From positions 1-64,000 of the IMG/VR virus record IMGVR_UViG_3300027898_000002: a stretch of 64,000 nucleotides of DNA. One strand, 5' to 3'. A program made the position numbers and the translations under genes. The DNA is from a virus. Under the pieces are notes generated by a model that did not search any database, was not told where the DNA came from, and was given only the letters and a program-made list of their open reading frames with translations. Shown here piece after piece: positions 23,584 to 32,992 of the stretch; the stretch's first letter is position 1; every line of letters begins with the position of its first letter.

Positions 23584-23611
23584 CTTAAAACCACCCAGCC
23601 CGCTACGTCAA
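23584..23611 (-). promoter_or_regulatory. candidate sigma70-type leftward early promoter
   Basis: On the minus strand: TTGACG - 16 nt - TTTAAG, about 10-15 nt upstream of the leader motif at 23553-23567. Confidence 0.35.
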
Positions 23612-23964
23612 GCAGCCCCCCCTATGGGTAGGATATATGGGACAGGCCAAAAACGGCCGTCAAAAGAAATTTGTTTGTTTCTCCAAATCAGTCTAGGCTA
23701 GGCCGGTTACCTAACGCCCCACAGGAAACTCAACCGCAATCCACCATCCACCCCCATCGGCGGGAAAAGCCACTGAGAAGAGGCGTCCAGTTTATCGAAT
23801 TGGTTTGATCAGGTCGGCGGTGCTGTTTCGAAACCGCAACAAGATAATGGCTCCTTCGCGCCGTGCTCCTGTGGGCGATCATGATCAAGTCAGGCAGCGT
23901 CGCACAACGTGACGCTATTACCTGATCCGGGAACCGGGCCAACTCCCATTTGTTGGATGTTGCA

Positions 23965-24381
23965 ATGCCTCGTCGCCCTCGGAAACGCCGCCCGTCAAAC
24001 GATCCTCTGGAACACACAATCCAAAGCCGGTTGGTTGGTTTGCTGCCGCCGCTGCTAAAGCCGGGTATCGTCATGATGGCGATACCCAATGGCGGCTTGC
24101 GTCATCCGATCGTCGCCAAGCAACTCAAGTCAGAAGGGCTGCTGCCGGGCAGTCCTGATCTTGTGTTCGCAAAACACAAAGGCCTCGTATCGTGGCTCGA
24201 AATGAAAAAGAAGGGCGGCCGCCTGTCGGACGAACAGCTCGGCATCAAAGCCAAGCTCGAGCGGCTGGAACATTCTTGGGGCACCGCCAACAGCGTCGAT
24301 ACGGCGTTGGAAGAACTCGACAGGCTGGGTGTCCTGCGCCCGGATTGGCGCAATCTCTATATGACCAATAGCGGAGTTTAA
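23965..24381 (+). CDS. VRR-NUC domain nuclease
   Basis: Start set at ATG 23965. IPNGG, GSPDLVF and WLEMKKKGGRLSDEQ form the PD-(D/E)xK pattern of VRR-NUC. Confidence 0.8.
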   Translation: MPRRPRKRRPSNDPLEHTIQSRLVGLLPPLLKPGIVMMAIPNGGLRHPIVAKQLKSEGLLPGSPDLVFAKHKGLVSWLEMKKKGGRLSDEQLGIKAKLERLEHSWGTANSVDTALEELDRLGVLRPDWRNLYMTNSGV

Positions 24382-24615
24382 GAATGTGCCCTTATCCGGG
24401 AGATTGGCAGCGATGACCAAAGCCGGTCTAGCAATTTGCATTTGCGAAGGCATCTCCATCGGAATGCTATTCTGTAAACACTTTGGTTCGTTCGTCGATA
24501 TCAGCATCGAAGAATTCTTATCTAGGGCACCGCTAACCGACATCATCATTTTTCAGATACGCCAACGAAATTTATTTGTCGGATTGTGCCTACTCACCAT
24601 GGGGAGGCTGTTCCC

Positions 24616-25119
24616 ATGACCGTCGATATCTTCGAGTCATTCGGCGACAGCCTGCTTTCCAAAGGCGCCAAGGCCGCCCGCGCCGCCGAGGCTCGCTACG
24701 AGGCTCGAAAAGCCGCCAAGGCCGCCGCCAACCCGCCGATGGTCAAACGCGGACTTGAAAAGAAACAAGAAGAGACATCGAAGCAGATGGTCCATTATCG
24801 GGAATGGAAACGTCAGGTATTCGAAGGCCTGCTCCATCTCGAGCATGGCGACAAGATCGCCAAAATGCGCACCTATCTCCGTAAACAGACTTTCAATCCC
24901 GACGAACTGGCGCGACTTGTCGCCAACGCCAAATGGATACTCGAGTGCCCAGACGAAACCCGGCGTGTGCTGCTAAGCTACATCAATCACTCGCTTGGAC
25001 GCTGGTACGTCCGCAACGGTTATCCTGATCCAAACGATCCTATTCCGTCGTTCGACGGCACGCCGGACCCGCCGCTTAATGCCTTCCTGCGTATCCGCAA
25101 ACACCTGGGTGTCATATGA
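24616..25119 (+). CDS. hypothetical protein
   Basis: Start set at ATG 24616 (GGGGAGG upstream). 167 aa. Confidence 0.65.
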   Translation: MTVDIFESFGDSLLSKGAKAARAAEARYEARKAAKAAANPPMVKRGLEKKQEETSKQMVHYREWKRQVFEGLLHLEHGDKIAKMRTYLRKQTFNPDELARLVANAKWILECPDETRRVLLSYINHSLGRWYVRNGYPDPNDPIPSFDGTPDPPLNAFLRIRKHLGVI

Positions 25120-25436
25120 TCACGACAAACCGCCACACCGCTTTCACATTACTGGGCATCGTTACGCTGGCTTGTCTGTATACTTTCATGTTGGTCGGCA
25201 GCGAAGCCACTGAAAAAGCCTGCGGGTCCGCTCGCAACCGCATCATGATCCCGGATAACGTCTGGCAGAAATACCCGGATCAAAACGCTTATAGAGTCTA
25301 TTGGGGTGGTAGCTGGCAGGAAATACCCTCCGATAAAGTCGTCGGCAACAATCACACCCTTAATGCCGTGATTTATTTTCGTATCGACCACAACGGCAAT
25401 CCCGCCGTTGATTGTTTCCTGCCACCAAGGAGCTAA
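25116..25436 (+). CDS. hypothetical membrane-anchored/secreted protein
   Basis: 106 aa. ATGA overlap. N-terminal hydrophobic segment FTLLGIVTLACLYTFMLVG. Confidence 0.6.
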   Translation: MITTNRHTAFTLLGIVTLACLYTFMLVGSEATEKACGSARNRIMIPDNVWQKYPDQNAYRVYWGGSWQEIPSDKVVGNNHTLNAVIYFRIDHNGNPAVDCFLPPRS

Positions 25437-25440
25437 ACTG

Positions 25441-25710
25441 ATGACAATTACCGTCAAGGAACTCTACGACGCCACAATCGCCGGCACCAGCGCCCTGGCC
25501 AAACATGCCAAGGCCAACCCGGATATGCCTTGCTTTCTGTTGCTCGCCCAGGACCAAAACGCCGCCGGTCTTGTCGAGAAGTGGGCGATTTACGTCAGTA
25601 CAGGGATTCCCGACGTGGCGGAAAACCGTGGCACGCATGACAAATATCACGAGGCCGTCATGATATCCGAACTGATGCTACGCTGGCCCATACACAAGAT
25701 TCCCGATTGA
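25441..25710 (+). CDS. hypothetical protein
   Basis: Start set at ATG 25441 (GGAGCTAAACTG upstream). 89 aa. Confidence 0.6.
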   Translation: MTITVKELYDATIAGTSALAKHAKANPDMPCFLLLAQDQNAAGLVEKWAIYVSTGIPDVAENRGTHDKYHEAVMISELMLRWPIHKIPD

Positions 25711-25746
25711 TCATCGACAACCGCTAACCCCACAGGAGAAAACACA

Positions 25747-25953
25747 ATGAGACAACTACCGGTTATCAACATAGTTATCCCGCTACGAGATATCGCCAAC
25801 GACCTGAGCGTATCCGAATTCTCAATGCTGTTAAACGAAATGCTGCCGGCGACAAACAAGGCTACGCTCGATATGGGCGAGCTCGACGAAGACGGTCGGG
25901 AGCTGGTTCGCCGGATGTACGAAGAGCTTATCGACGAGGAACTGTCGTCATGA
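25747..25953 (+). CDS. hypothetical acidic protein
   Basis: 68 aa. Leader AACCCCACAGGAG at 25726-25738. ATGA overlap with the next gene. Confidence 0.55.
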   Translation: MRQLPVINIVIPLRDIANDLSVSEFSMLLNEMLPATNKATLDMGELDEDGRELVRRMYEELIDEELSS

Positions 25954-27167
25954 TGTTGCTTGAAGCCTACAACGACTTCTACAAGGTCTTTAAGAAGGAC
26001 CTGGGCGACCGTAGCGGCACGGTTGGCGCGTCGGAAATCGGCCAATGCGCCCGACAGACGTTCTGGCGCAAGAACGAGGGCACCCGGAAAGGTGTCAGGC
26101 GTGATGAAGACTTCGAAGAAGATTGGGGTGCCAGCATCCGCGGCATCATCATGGAATTTGCCTTCTGGGTCCCGGCGCTGCGCAAGGCTCACGGCGACAA
26201 GCTTCTGTATGCCGGCACCGAGCAGCAAAAGCTGACAAAAGGCTATCTGTCGTGCACGTCGGACGGTCTGTTGATTGATCAACCATACGACCTGCTCAAG
26301 CACCTGGGCGTCAAAAACATCAAGTCCGGCGATGTGGCCGCCGAGTGTAAGACCATCGACCCTCGCACCAACCTTGTCGAAGCCAAAGAGACCAACATCT
26401 ATCAAGTGGTGACCCAGCTTGGTCTCTACCGCGACTGTACCCCGCACAAGCCGGAATACGGGTGGTTGACGTATACCGACGCCTCGTTCTGGTCCGAGGT
26501 TGACGAGTTCGCGATCAAGTTTGATCAATTTATGTACGACGCCGCCCACGTCCGGGCCAAGGAAATCATTACGGCCAAGAGCGGGCAGGAGCTTGCCCCG
26601 GAAGGCTGGATATCAGGCGGCAAGGAGTGCTCGTTCTGTCCGTTTGTCGGCGCCTGTGGCGTGGCTCGCGGCGGCGTGCCCAGGGGCAACCGCAAGGCCA
26701 GTCCGCAGTTCGTTGCGGAAATGACCGATATTGCCATGGCGTACAACAAGGCCAAGATCGCCGTGGCCAAGATCGAAAAAGAAATGAAAACTGTAGAGGT
26801 GGAAATCAAGCAACGTCTCAAGTCCAAGGGTGTCAACCGTATCGATAATGTCCTGCACTGGTACAAAGTCGGCGCCCCGGTACGATATCAGAACAAGGAA
26901 ATCCGCGAAGCCTTTATCGAGCTTGGCGGCGATCCAGAAGAATTCACCAAGACCGGTCAACCTTCCGACCGGCTTGTGATAGCTGCCACCCCGGCAGCAA
27001 GTCGTGTGGTCAAGAGTAAGACCAAACGACGTTCACCCGCCAAAGGCCCGAAAAAACCCGCTAACAACTCGCGAACCAAGACACAGAAGCAACCCGTAAA
27101 AACCAAGGCCAAGGCGAAATCCAAAACTGCAACACGAAAGACTGGAAAGACAAATGGCAAAAGATAA
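25950..27167 (+). CDS. PD-(D/E)XK exonuclease, Cas4/RecB-like, with four Cys and a Lys-rich tail
   Basis: 405 aa. SEIGQCARQ, CTSDGLL and AAECKT (D...ExK) motifs. CSFCPFVGAC plus the N-terminal Cys give a Cas4-like 4-Cys pattern. C-terminus KSKTKRRSPAKGPKKPANNSRTKTQKQPVKTKAKAKSK. Confidence 0.75.
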   Translation: MMLLEAYNDFYKVFKKDLGDRSGTVGASEIGQCARQTFWRKNEGTRKGVRRDEDFEEDWGASIRGIIMEFAFWVPALRKAHGDKLLYAGTEQQKLTKGYLSCTSDGLLIDQPYDLLKHLGVKNIKSGDVAAECKTIDPRTNLVEAKETNIYQVVTQLGLYRDCTPHKPEYGWLTYTDASFWSEVDEFAIKFDQFMYDAAHVRAKEIITAKSGQELAPEGWISGGKECSFCPFVGACGVARGGVPRGNRKASPQFVAEMTDIAMAYNKAKIAVAKIEKEMKTVEVEIKQRLKSKGVNRIDNVLHWYKVGAPVRYQNKEIREAFIELGGDPEEFTKTGQPSDRLVIAATPAASRVVKSKTKRRSPAKGPKKPANNSRTKTQKQPVKTKAKAKSKTATRKTGKTNGKR

Positions 27168-28113
27168 GAGCAAAACGGAAACTTCGACTACCGACAACCT
27201 GCAGGATGGCGGGCCGATGCACGCCACCATGCTGGGTGCCTCCCACACCACGTCGCAAGACGAAACCAAGATTGTCGACACGCTGGAACGAAGTGCCGTC
27301 GACGAGATCAATACCCAGGACGATCACATCGACCTCGAGCAATCCATGACTAAAAAGGCAGACACCACCGCCTTGGCCACCCGATCAGAGGCCCAGCCGC
27401 CGGCCAACCCCACGACGATGGAAAAAGACATCTTCGAGGAATACGGTGATCAGATCAGCTCGCGCAACATCGTCGGGCAACTGCTCAAGTTCTCCAAAGG
27501 TGACTACATGTCCGGGCAGGACAACGTAGAAATCCCGATCGGCAGCAAGATGATCGCCAACATGGACGAACTGCTTCTCGGCTGGATTCGCTGGGAAGAC
27601 TCCAAGCCGGCGGAACAGCACATGGGCCGTTTGATCGACGGCTTCAAGGCACCGGCACGCAACGAGCTTGGTTTCGGCTACGAGCTCGGCGAAGAAGAAC
27701 CGTCCGACATGTCGGATTGGGAAATCGACGAAACCACCAAGGAACCGCGCGATCCCTGGCAGTTCACGTACTACCTCGTGATGAAGGACCCTACCAAACT
27801 CGATGCCGCCGACGACGGCGACAGCGAAGGCACCTACACCTTCACCACGTCGAGCTCGGGCGGCAAGCAGGCGATCGGCGACCTCTGCAAGGTCTACGGC
27901 CGCAAGCGTCGCGAAGGCTACAAGGAACATTACCCGGTCGTGGCTCTCAAAGTCGGAAGCTACAACCACAGCAACAAGAAGTTCGGCCGGATCAAATTCC
28001 CCGTGTTCCCGGTCGTCGGCTGGTTCGCCAAAACCAAGTTCGGCATTCTGCCTCCGCCTGTCGATGCCACGGAGCAACTTGCGGCCGCGGCTAATGAAGA
28101 TATCCCGTTCTAA
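27154..28113 (+). CDS. candidate ssDNA-binding / annealing protein with an SSB-like C-terminal tip
   Basis: 319 aa. Follows the exonuclease with a 14-nt overlap. Ends ...AAANEDIPF, compared with E. coli SSB ...DDDIPF. The body is not recognisable by eye. Confidence 0.5.
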   Translation: MAKDKSKTETSTTDNLQDGGPMHATMLGASHTTSQDETKIVDTLERSAVDEINTQDDHIDLEQSMTKKADTTALATRSEAQPPANPTTMEKDIFEEYGDQISSRNIVGQLLKFSKGDYMSGQDNVEIPIGSKMIANMDELLLGWIRWEDSKPAEQHMGRLIDGFKAPARNELGFGYELGEEEPSDMSDWEIDETTKEPRDPWQFTYYLVMKDPTKLDAADDGDSEGTYTFTTSSSGGKQAIGDLCKVYGRKRREGYKEHYPVVALKVGSYNHSNKKFGRIKFPVFPVVGWFAKTKFGILPPPVDATEQLAAAANEDIPF

Positions 28114-28134
28114 TCGGATGATATCGTAATGGAA

Positions 28135-28214
28135 AGCCACCTGCGAGACCTTGCCAGACAGCTCATGACGGTAGCTCGTGAGCATATGGCATACTCGCAG
28201 GTGGCTGCTTTTTT
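28135..28214 (+). terminator. long-stem hairpin with T-tract (terminator/attenuator)
   Basis: AGCCACCTGCGAG (28135-28147) pairs with CTCGCAGGTGGCT (28194-28206), followed by GCTTTTTT. The loop is about 46 nt. Confidence 0.5.
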
Positions 28215-28274
28215 ATGTTGCACGTCAACGACCACATTAACGCCGTGGCATACATTGAAGAGGTTAATAGGAAC

Positions 28275-28868
28275 ATGGAAACAGACGACATGATGATGCG
28301 CGATGGTGTATACGGAACGAAAGACGATAACACCATTCCGCGCCCGAACGCTATGCACCCGCCAGCAGGATATTTCAAAATAGCCGAAGGATCGTCGTGT
28401 TCCTGCAACGCCATGTGGACCGGTCCAGACGGTCGCAAATGGTGTTGCGGCGATACGCCCACGAAGAAGATTCACCCGGATGACACAGCCAAAAGCAACC
28501 ACCCGCCTCGCGTCGACACCATCGTCGAAGCCGTGCGGGCGGACCTGCTGCAGCGATCCCGGCTCGGCATCGCCAAGTATGGCACCACCCTGAACGAAAA
28601 TCACGGCGATCTGCGCGCGTGGCTGCAACACGCCTACGAAGAATGCCTTGATCAGGCTAACTACCTCAAATGCGCCATACAGACTATTGACAACGGATCG
28701 ACGGCGACCCCGCCGGTCATGAAGTATCCCAACCCGCAGCTCGGCATCATGCTGACAAACCTGCTGACACTCGCCAACGATGCCAAATTTAAGCTACAAC
28801 CTACCCACGTCACATTTGACACGATCATCGATTACATCAACAGAATAATGAAGGAGGCACAATCATGA
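28275..28868 (+). CDS. protein with Cys-rich N-domain and all-alpha NTP pyrophosphohydrolase-like C-domain
   Basis: Start set at ATG 28275, downstream of the T-tract. LLQRSRLGIAKYGTTL...WLQHAYEECLDQANYL resembles the phage dATP/dGTP diphosphohydrolase (MazG-type 2) pattern as I recall it. Confidence 0.5.
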   Translation: METDDMMMRDGVYGTKDDNTIPRPNAMHPPAGYFKIAEGSSCSCNAMWTGPDGRKWCCGDTPTKKIHPDDTAKSNHPPRVDTIVEAVRADLLQRSRLGIAKYGTTLNENHGDLRAWLQHAYEECLDQANYLKCAIQTIDNGSTATPPVMKYPNPQLGIMLTNLLTLANDAKFKLQPTHVTFDTIIDYINRIMKEAQS

Positions 28869-29572
28869 TGGACGAAGAAGCCTGCTGTCGTATCGTCGGT
28901 TCCACAATTCTTTGCCTTGATCACGGTTTCGCCCGCCTTGTCGATCATATGGGCACCGATATCAACGTTGTCCGTGCAGCACGTGTGTCTCATGACGCCG
29001 CTTGGCGTGCCGGCGTCGATCACGGTTCCGATGTCCGCCTGATCAACTACCTCTGGAAGAATCACCACACCACGCCATTCGAGGCCGTGACATTCACGTT
29101 TGAAGTCAAGGCGCCGATCTTTGTATTTCGACAATGGCATCGACATCGGACGTGGAGCTACAACGAGGTGTCGGCGCGATACACGGAACTCCCCGAAGAA
29201 TTCTACCTACCGGACGGCAATCAAATCGGCGTGCAATCAAAAACGAACAAGCAGGGACGCGACACGACGATAACAACAGCTACCACCGCCAACATGCGCA
29301 ACGCCATGCATAGCCACATGGTCAGCGCTTTCAGACTCTACAAGCACCTGCTCGAGTGTGACGTACCTCGAGAGCTGGCCCGGTCGGTGCTGCCAGTCGC
29401 GACCTATAGCCACATGTTTGCCACCGTCAACCTGCTCAACCTATTTCGCTTTCTGACCCTGCGCTGCGACGAACACGCCCAATATGAAATTCGGGTCTAC
29501 GCCGACGCCATGTTGGCACTGATTCGGTCAATCGTGCCGGCCTGCGTCGCGGCTTGGGAAGACAACAAATAA
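28865..29572 (+). CDS. thyX: flavin-dependent thymidylate synthase
   Basis: 235 aa. ThyX motif RHRTWSYNEVSARY. Confidence 0.93.
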   Translation: MMDEEACCRIVGSTILCLDHGFARLVDHMGTDINVVRAARVSHDAAWRAGVDHGSDVRLINYLWKNHHTTPFEAVTFTFEVKAPIFVFRQWHRHRTWSYNEVSARYTELPEEFYLPDGNQIGVQSKTNKQGRDTTITTATTANMRNAMHSHMVSAFRLYKHLLECDVPRELARSVLPVATYSHMFATVNLLNLFRFLTLRCDEHAQYEIRVYADAMLALIRSIVPACVAAWEDNK

Positions 29573-29599
29573 CTGCCACCAAGGCAGGGGAATTTTGGA

Positions 29600-32281
29600 A
29601 TGACAGACGATGCCAGTAATCCATGCCTAGCCGCTGCGATCGCCTACGCCCGCAATCCGCAGCGGCCGCTATTTGTGTTCCCTGCCAAGCCGGGCGAAAA
29701 GAAATCCAGGGTCGCCGGCCGGCACTCGGCCGATGGCAAGAATTGGGGGATGACCAACAACCTCAACACGATACAAGCATACTGGAACAAGTGGCCGGAT
29801 TCCAACGTCTGTATCGTCACGGGAGAAATCAATGGAATATTTGTTGTCGAAACAGATACGGCAGATCACGGCAAAGATGGGGAATCCGCTCTACTGGCCC
29901 TTGTCGCGGCTAACGGTGGTGAATGGCCTGACACTCTTACTGCCCGCTCGCCATCCGGCTCGATCCACTACTATTTCACATGGCCTGACAACAACATCAC
30001 TATTCTCAATTCCGACAATAAGCTTGCACCCGGAGTTGACGTGCGTGGTGAAGGTGGCATGGTCGTTGCGCCTCCCAGCATCAACCCCAAATACGCCACA
30101 CGATATGAATGGATCAGCAATGAAGGCATCGGAATTGTCAAGGCACCGAAATGGTTGTTAGACCTTATAGCGTCCAAGCTGGTCTCTCGCCGCCTCGGCG
30201 ATCCACAGGCGCCAGTCGACAAGATCGCCCAGGCGATGGAGCTTATACCCAATCATGACGCCGTGGTTTGGGATGTCCCTGATTTTCGATCTGGAGAAGT
30301 CAAGGTCCGCACCGGCTGGGATGGCTGGAACGACATATCGATGGCGTTGTACCGTGCCACAGCCGGATCGGAAGAAGGTTTCAAAATATTTGACAAGTGG
30401 TGTCAGAAGAACGGGGTGAAGTACAATGCCAAATACACGCGTTATAGTTGGTTCAGACGGTACGTTACTAGTCCACCTAGAGGGATTGGGGCTGGTACAC
30501 TTTTTATGCTGGCTGATGAATACGCACCGGGCTGGCGCGGGATATGGGAAGAAGAACATCCGGAAGAAACAGCCGCCCAAAAACAGGAGTTCAAAGAAAA
30601 CCGCCGCGCCGAGGACATCGCCGAAACCAAAAAGGCCATTACCGTTGCTGCCAGGAAACAGGTCCACAAGAAGGCGGATTTCACAATCAAAGTCACATCC
30701 GACGAAATCCATACAGCGGTAGACCTGACGGAAGAAAGCCTGCTCGCCATCAGCTCCCCGTTCTACATCTATGGTGGCATGCTGATGATGCCCGTAACGA
30801 CGAAGGTCCGATCGCACGACGAAAAGATGACGACGATAGCAACATTCCACGAAGTCCAACTGAATTACATGCTCGACCACACCAACCGCCACATCGATTA
30901 CAAATCTTATGATGTCAAAGCCAAAGATTGGAAGTCAATCGATCCGCCGCTAAAAGTCATCACCCGCCTGCTGGCCCGTGTCAGCGTATTGAAATTCCCC
31001 AAGGTCTCCGGATTGATAACGACGCCGACGATGCGCCCAGACGGATCGTTGCTGCTCGAGGCGGGCTATGACGCCGAAACAGGATTGCTGCTGGTCGACC
31101 CGCCGTCGATCGACCCGATACCGGACAAGCCGACACAGGCGCAGGCAGCCAAGGCTCTCGCCTTGCTGGAAGACCTGCTCGACGAATTTCCTTTTGCCGA
31201 TGACGTGGCCAAGGCCGTGGCCTTGTCGGCGCTGATTACACCCATCGTGCGCGGCGCCTTCCCAGTCGCCCCGATGCACGTCAACCGGGCGCCGGTCATG
31301 TCCTCGGGAAAGTCGTATCTATTTGACTGTGTAGCCACGATGGCGATCGGTCAGAACATGCCCGCCACGGCCGCCGGCCAGAACGACGAAGAGACCGAAA
31401 AACGCCTTGGTGCCGCTTTGCTGTCGGGTCAACCCCTGATCAACATCGATAACGTCAACGGACTCCTCGGCGGCGACGCCCTGTGTCAGTACATCGAGCG
31501 ACCCACCGTCAGCATTCGTATCCTGGGCAAGTCCGAGAACAAGACAATCGAATCACGGGGCACGACATTCTTTGCAACCGGCAACAACATCACGCTAGTG
31601 GGTGACATGACCCGCCGTGTTGTGATCTCGACTCTTGATCCAAAAATCGAACGACCGGAGCTGCGCGAGTTCCGCAAGCAGCCAAAAGCCATGATAGCGG
31701 CCAACCGCGGCAAGTACATATCAGCGGCACTGACGGTCTGTAAGGCCTACGTGGTCGCCGGCCGCCCTGGGAAGGCCAAGCCGCTAGGATCGTTTGAGGC
31801 GTGGTCGGACACGGTGCGATCGGCGTTGATGTGGCTGGGCAAGGCGGACCCGGTGGAATCCATGGAGATAGCCCGCGACGAGGACCCGAAGCTCGTCGAG
31901 CACCGGGCGCTGTTACTTGAATGGGCATCCGTGATTGGTCGCGGCCGAGGTCAGCGCGTCACCCTGTCCAGTCTGATCGAAGAGGCCACGTCACCCGGCA
32001 GCGGTGGTGGCTACAGCGAATTTGATTTCAAATGGCCGGACCTGAACGCGGCTGTGATGCGGGTGGCCTCGGTCTACAACCGGCCGCCCGACTTGACCCG
32101 GCTGGGGAACTGGATGCGGATGCACAAGAACCGGGTGCTGGACGGTCTGCGGTTCGTCCAGGAGCCGAACGCCAAGGGGTCGTCGAAGTGGTGGGTGGAG
32201 CGGGTATCCGACCCCGACGAGGACGTTACCGGGCTGCGGTTGGCCGAAAATGTGGTCAAACCGAGCTTTGGCGACCGGTAG
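29600..32281 (+). CDS. bifunctional primase-polymerase (prim-pol) fused to a P-loop helicase/NTPase
   Basis: 893 aa. FVVETDTADHGKDG, SPSGSIHYYF and VDVRGEGGMVVAPPS are prim-pol motifs. Walker A VMSSGKSY and Walker B PLINIDNV. Confidence 0.88.
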   Translation: MTDDASNPCLAAAIAYARNPQRPLFVFPAKPGEKKSRVAGRHSADGKNWGMTNNLNTIQAYWNKWPDSNVCIVTGEINGIFVVETDTADHGKDGESALLALVAANGGEWPDTLTARSPSGSIHYYFTWPDNNITILNSDNKLAPGVDVRGEGGMVVAPPSINPKYATRYEWISNEGIGIVKAPKWLLDLIASKLVSRRLGDPQAPVDKIAQAMELIPNHDAVVWDVPDFRSGEVKVRTGWDGWNDISMALYRATAGSEEGFKIFDKWCQKNGVKYNAKYTRYSWFRRYVTSPPRGIGAGTLFMLADEYAPGWRGIWEEEHPEETAAQKQEFKENRRAEDIAETKKAITVAARKQVHKKADFTIKVTSDEIHTAVDLTEESLLAISSPFYIYGGMLMMPVTTKVRSHDEKMTTIATFHEVQLNYMLDHTNRHIDYKSYDVKAKDWKSIDPPLKVITRLLARVSVLKFPKVSGLITTPTMRPDGSLLLEAGYDAETGLLLVDPPSIDPIPDKPTQAQAAKALALLEDLLDEFPFADDVAKAVALSALITPIVRGAFPVAPMHVNRAPVMSSGKSYLFDCVATMAIGQNMPATAAGQNDEETEKRLGAALLSGQPLINIDNVNGLLGGDALCQYIERPTVSIRILGKSENKTIESRGTTFFATGNNITLVGDMTRRVVISTLDPKIERPELREFRKQPKAMIAANRGKYISAALTVCKAYVVAGRPGKAKPLGSFEAWSDTVRSALMWLGKADPVESMEIARDEDPKLVEHRALLLEWASVIGRGRGQRVTLSSLIEEATSPGSGGGYSEFDFKWPDLNAAVMRVASVYNRPPDLTRLGNWMRMHKNRVLDGLRFVQEPNAKGSSKWWVERVSDPDEDVTGLRLAENVVKPSFGDR

Positions 32282-32320
32282 AGACTTGAATTTATTGATG
32301 AATTTAGGCTCCGATTTCTG

Positions 32321-32348
32321 TTGAATTGGGTGTGGATCGGAGTATATT
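32321..32348 (+). promoter_or_regulatory. candidate sigma70-type promoter
   Basis: TTGAAT - 16 nt - TATATT, placed 12 nt upstream of the leader AACCCCACGGAG (32361-32372). Confidence 0.45.
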
Positions 32349-32378
32349 CGGGGTCGGGACAACCCCACGGAGCCCGCC

Positions 32379-32528
32379 ATGACCAAAACCTACCTCGTGA
32401 CCATCAAGTCCGCCCTCGACGAACGCGACGTATACGTGTCTGCCAAAACCCCGGCCGCCGCCATCAGGATCGTTCGCAAGTCCCTTACCGGTTTTGAAGC
32501 TCGTTGGGCGTCGGTGTTCCTCGCCTAA
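32379..32528 (+). CDS. possible 49-aa protein
   Basis: MTKTYLVTIKSALDERDVYVSAKTPAAAIRIVRKSLTGFEARWASVFLA. Leader motif plus GGAG upstream. Below the track cutoff. Confidence 0.4.
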   Translation: MTKTYLVTIKSALDERDVYVSAKTPAAAIRIVRKSLTGFEARWASVFLA

Positions 32529-32550
32529 GACAACCCACAGGAGAAGCCCC

Positions 32551-32988
32551 ATGTTACAGATCGTCGTCGACCGTACTTCCGGACAAATTAATTCAGCCCG
32601 CGTCGCCACCGATAAGGAAGTCAAATTCTGGTGCGCTGGACGGTTCGGAGAGGTCATCGAAAACCGCAACGACTGGCCAACCATCAATCACGCCAAGGCT
32701 GTCGCCGATGCCCTGGGCGCCGACTACATCGCCACCGACGCCGGCCCGTATGTGTCGCCCAGGTACGATGTCATCAAGCTTCCCAAGGTCGGCGACGAGG
32801 TGTCGTATACGTTCAACGGCGATCATTATCCGTGTGGCACTGTCGCCTCGATATCCACGTCAATGCGGATCGTCACCACCACCGAAGGACAAAAGTTCTA
32901 CCGGGTCCGCGATACCGGATGCTGGAAGTACAACAAAACATGGTCGCTCGAGATGGGCCACGTGTCCAAGCTTAACCCGGAGTTTTGA
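32551..32988 (+). CDS. hypothetical protein
   Basis: Start set at ATG 32551, after the leader AACCCACAGGAG (32532-32543). 145 aa. Confidence 0.6.
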   Translation: MLQIVVDRTSGQINSARVATDKEVKFWCAGRFGEVIENRNDWPTINHAKAVADALGADYIATDAGPYVSPRYDVIKLPKVGDEVSYTFNGDHYPCGTVASISTSMRIVTTTEGQKFYRVRDTGCWKYNKTWSLEMGHVSKLNPEF

Positions 32989-32992
32989 TTCC

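Noticed and set aside
23730-24089. 119-aa - strand ORF spanning the divergent control region
   Set aside because: It overlaps the VRR-NUC start and the orphan leader motif. The translation is Arg/Ser-rich with no RBS.
24386-24619. 77-aa + strand ORF (and 24130-24549 on -) in the gap after VRR-NUC
   Set aside because: Non-ATG start, no RBS and hydrophobic low-information sequence. The gap more likely carries a promoter for gene 24616. Confidence was too low to list it as a feature.
25647-26549. 300-aa - strand ORF
   Set aside because: Shadow ORF antisense to the Cas4-like exonuclease gene, which itself has clear motifs.
27385-28185. 266-aa - strand ORF
   Set aside because: Shadow ORF antisense to the SSB-tip protein gene, with no independent support.
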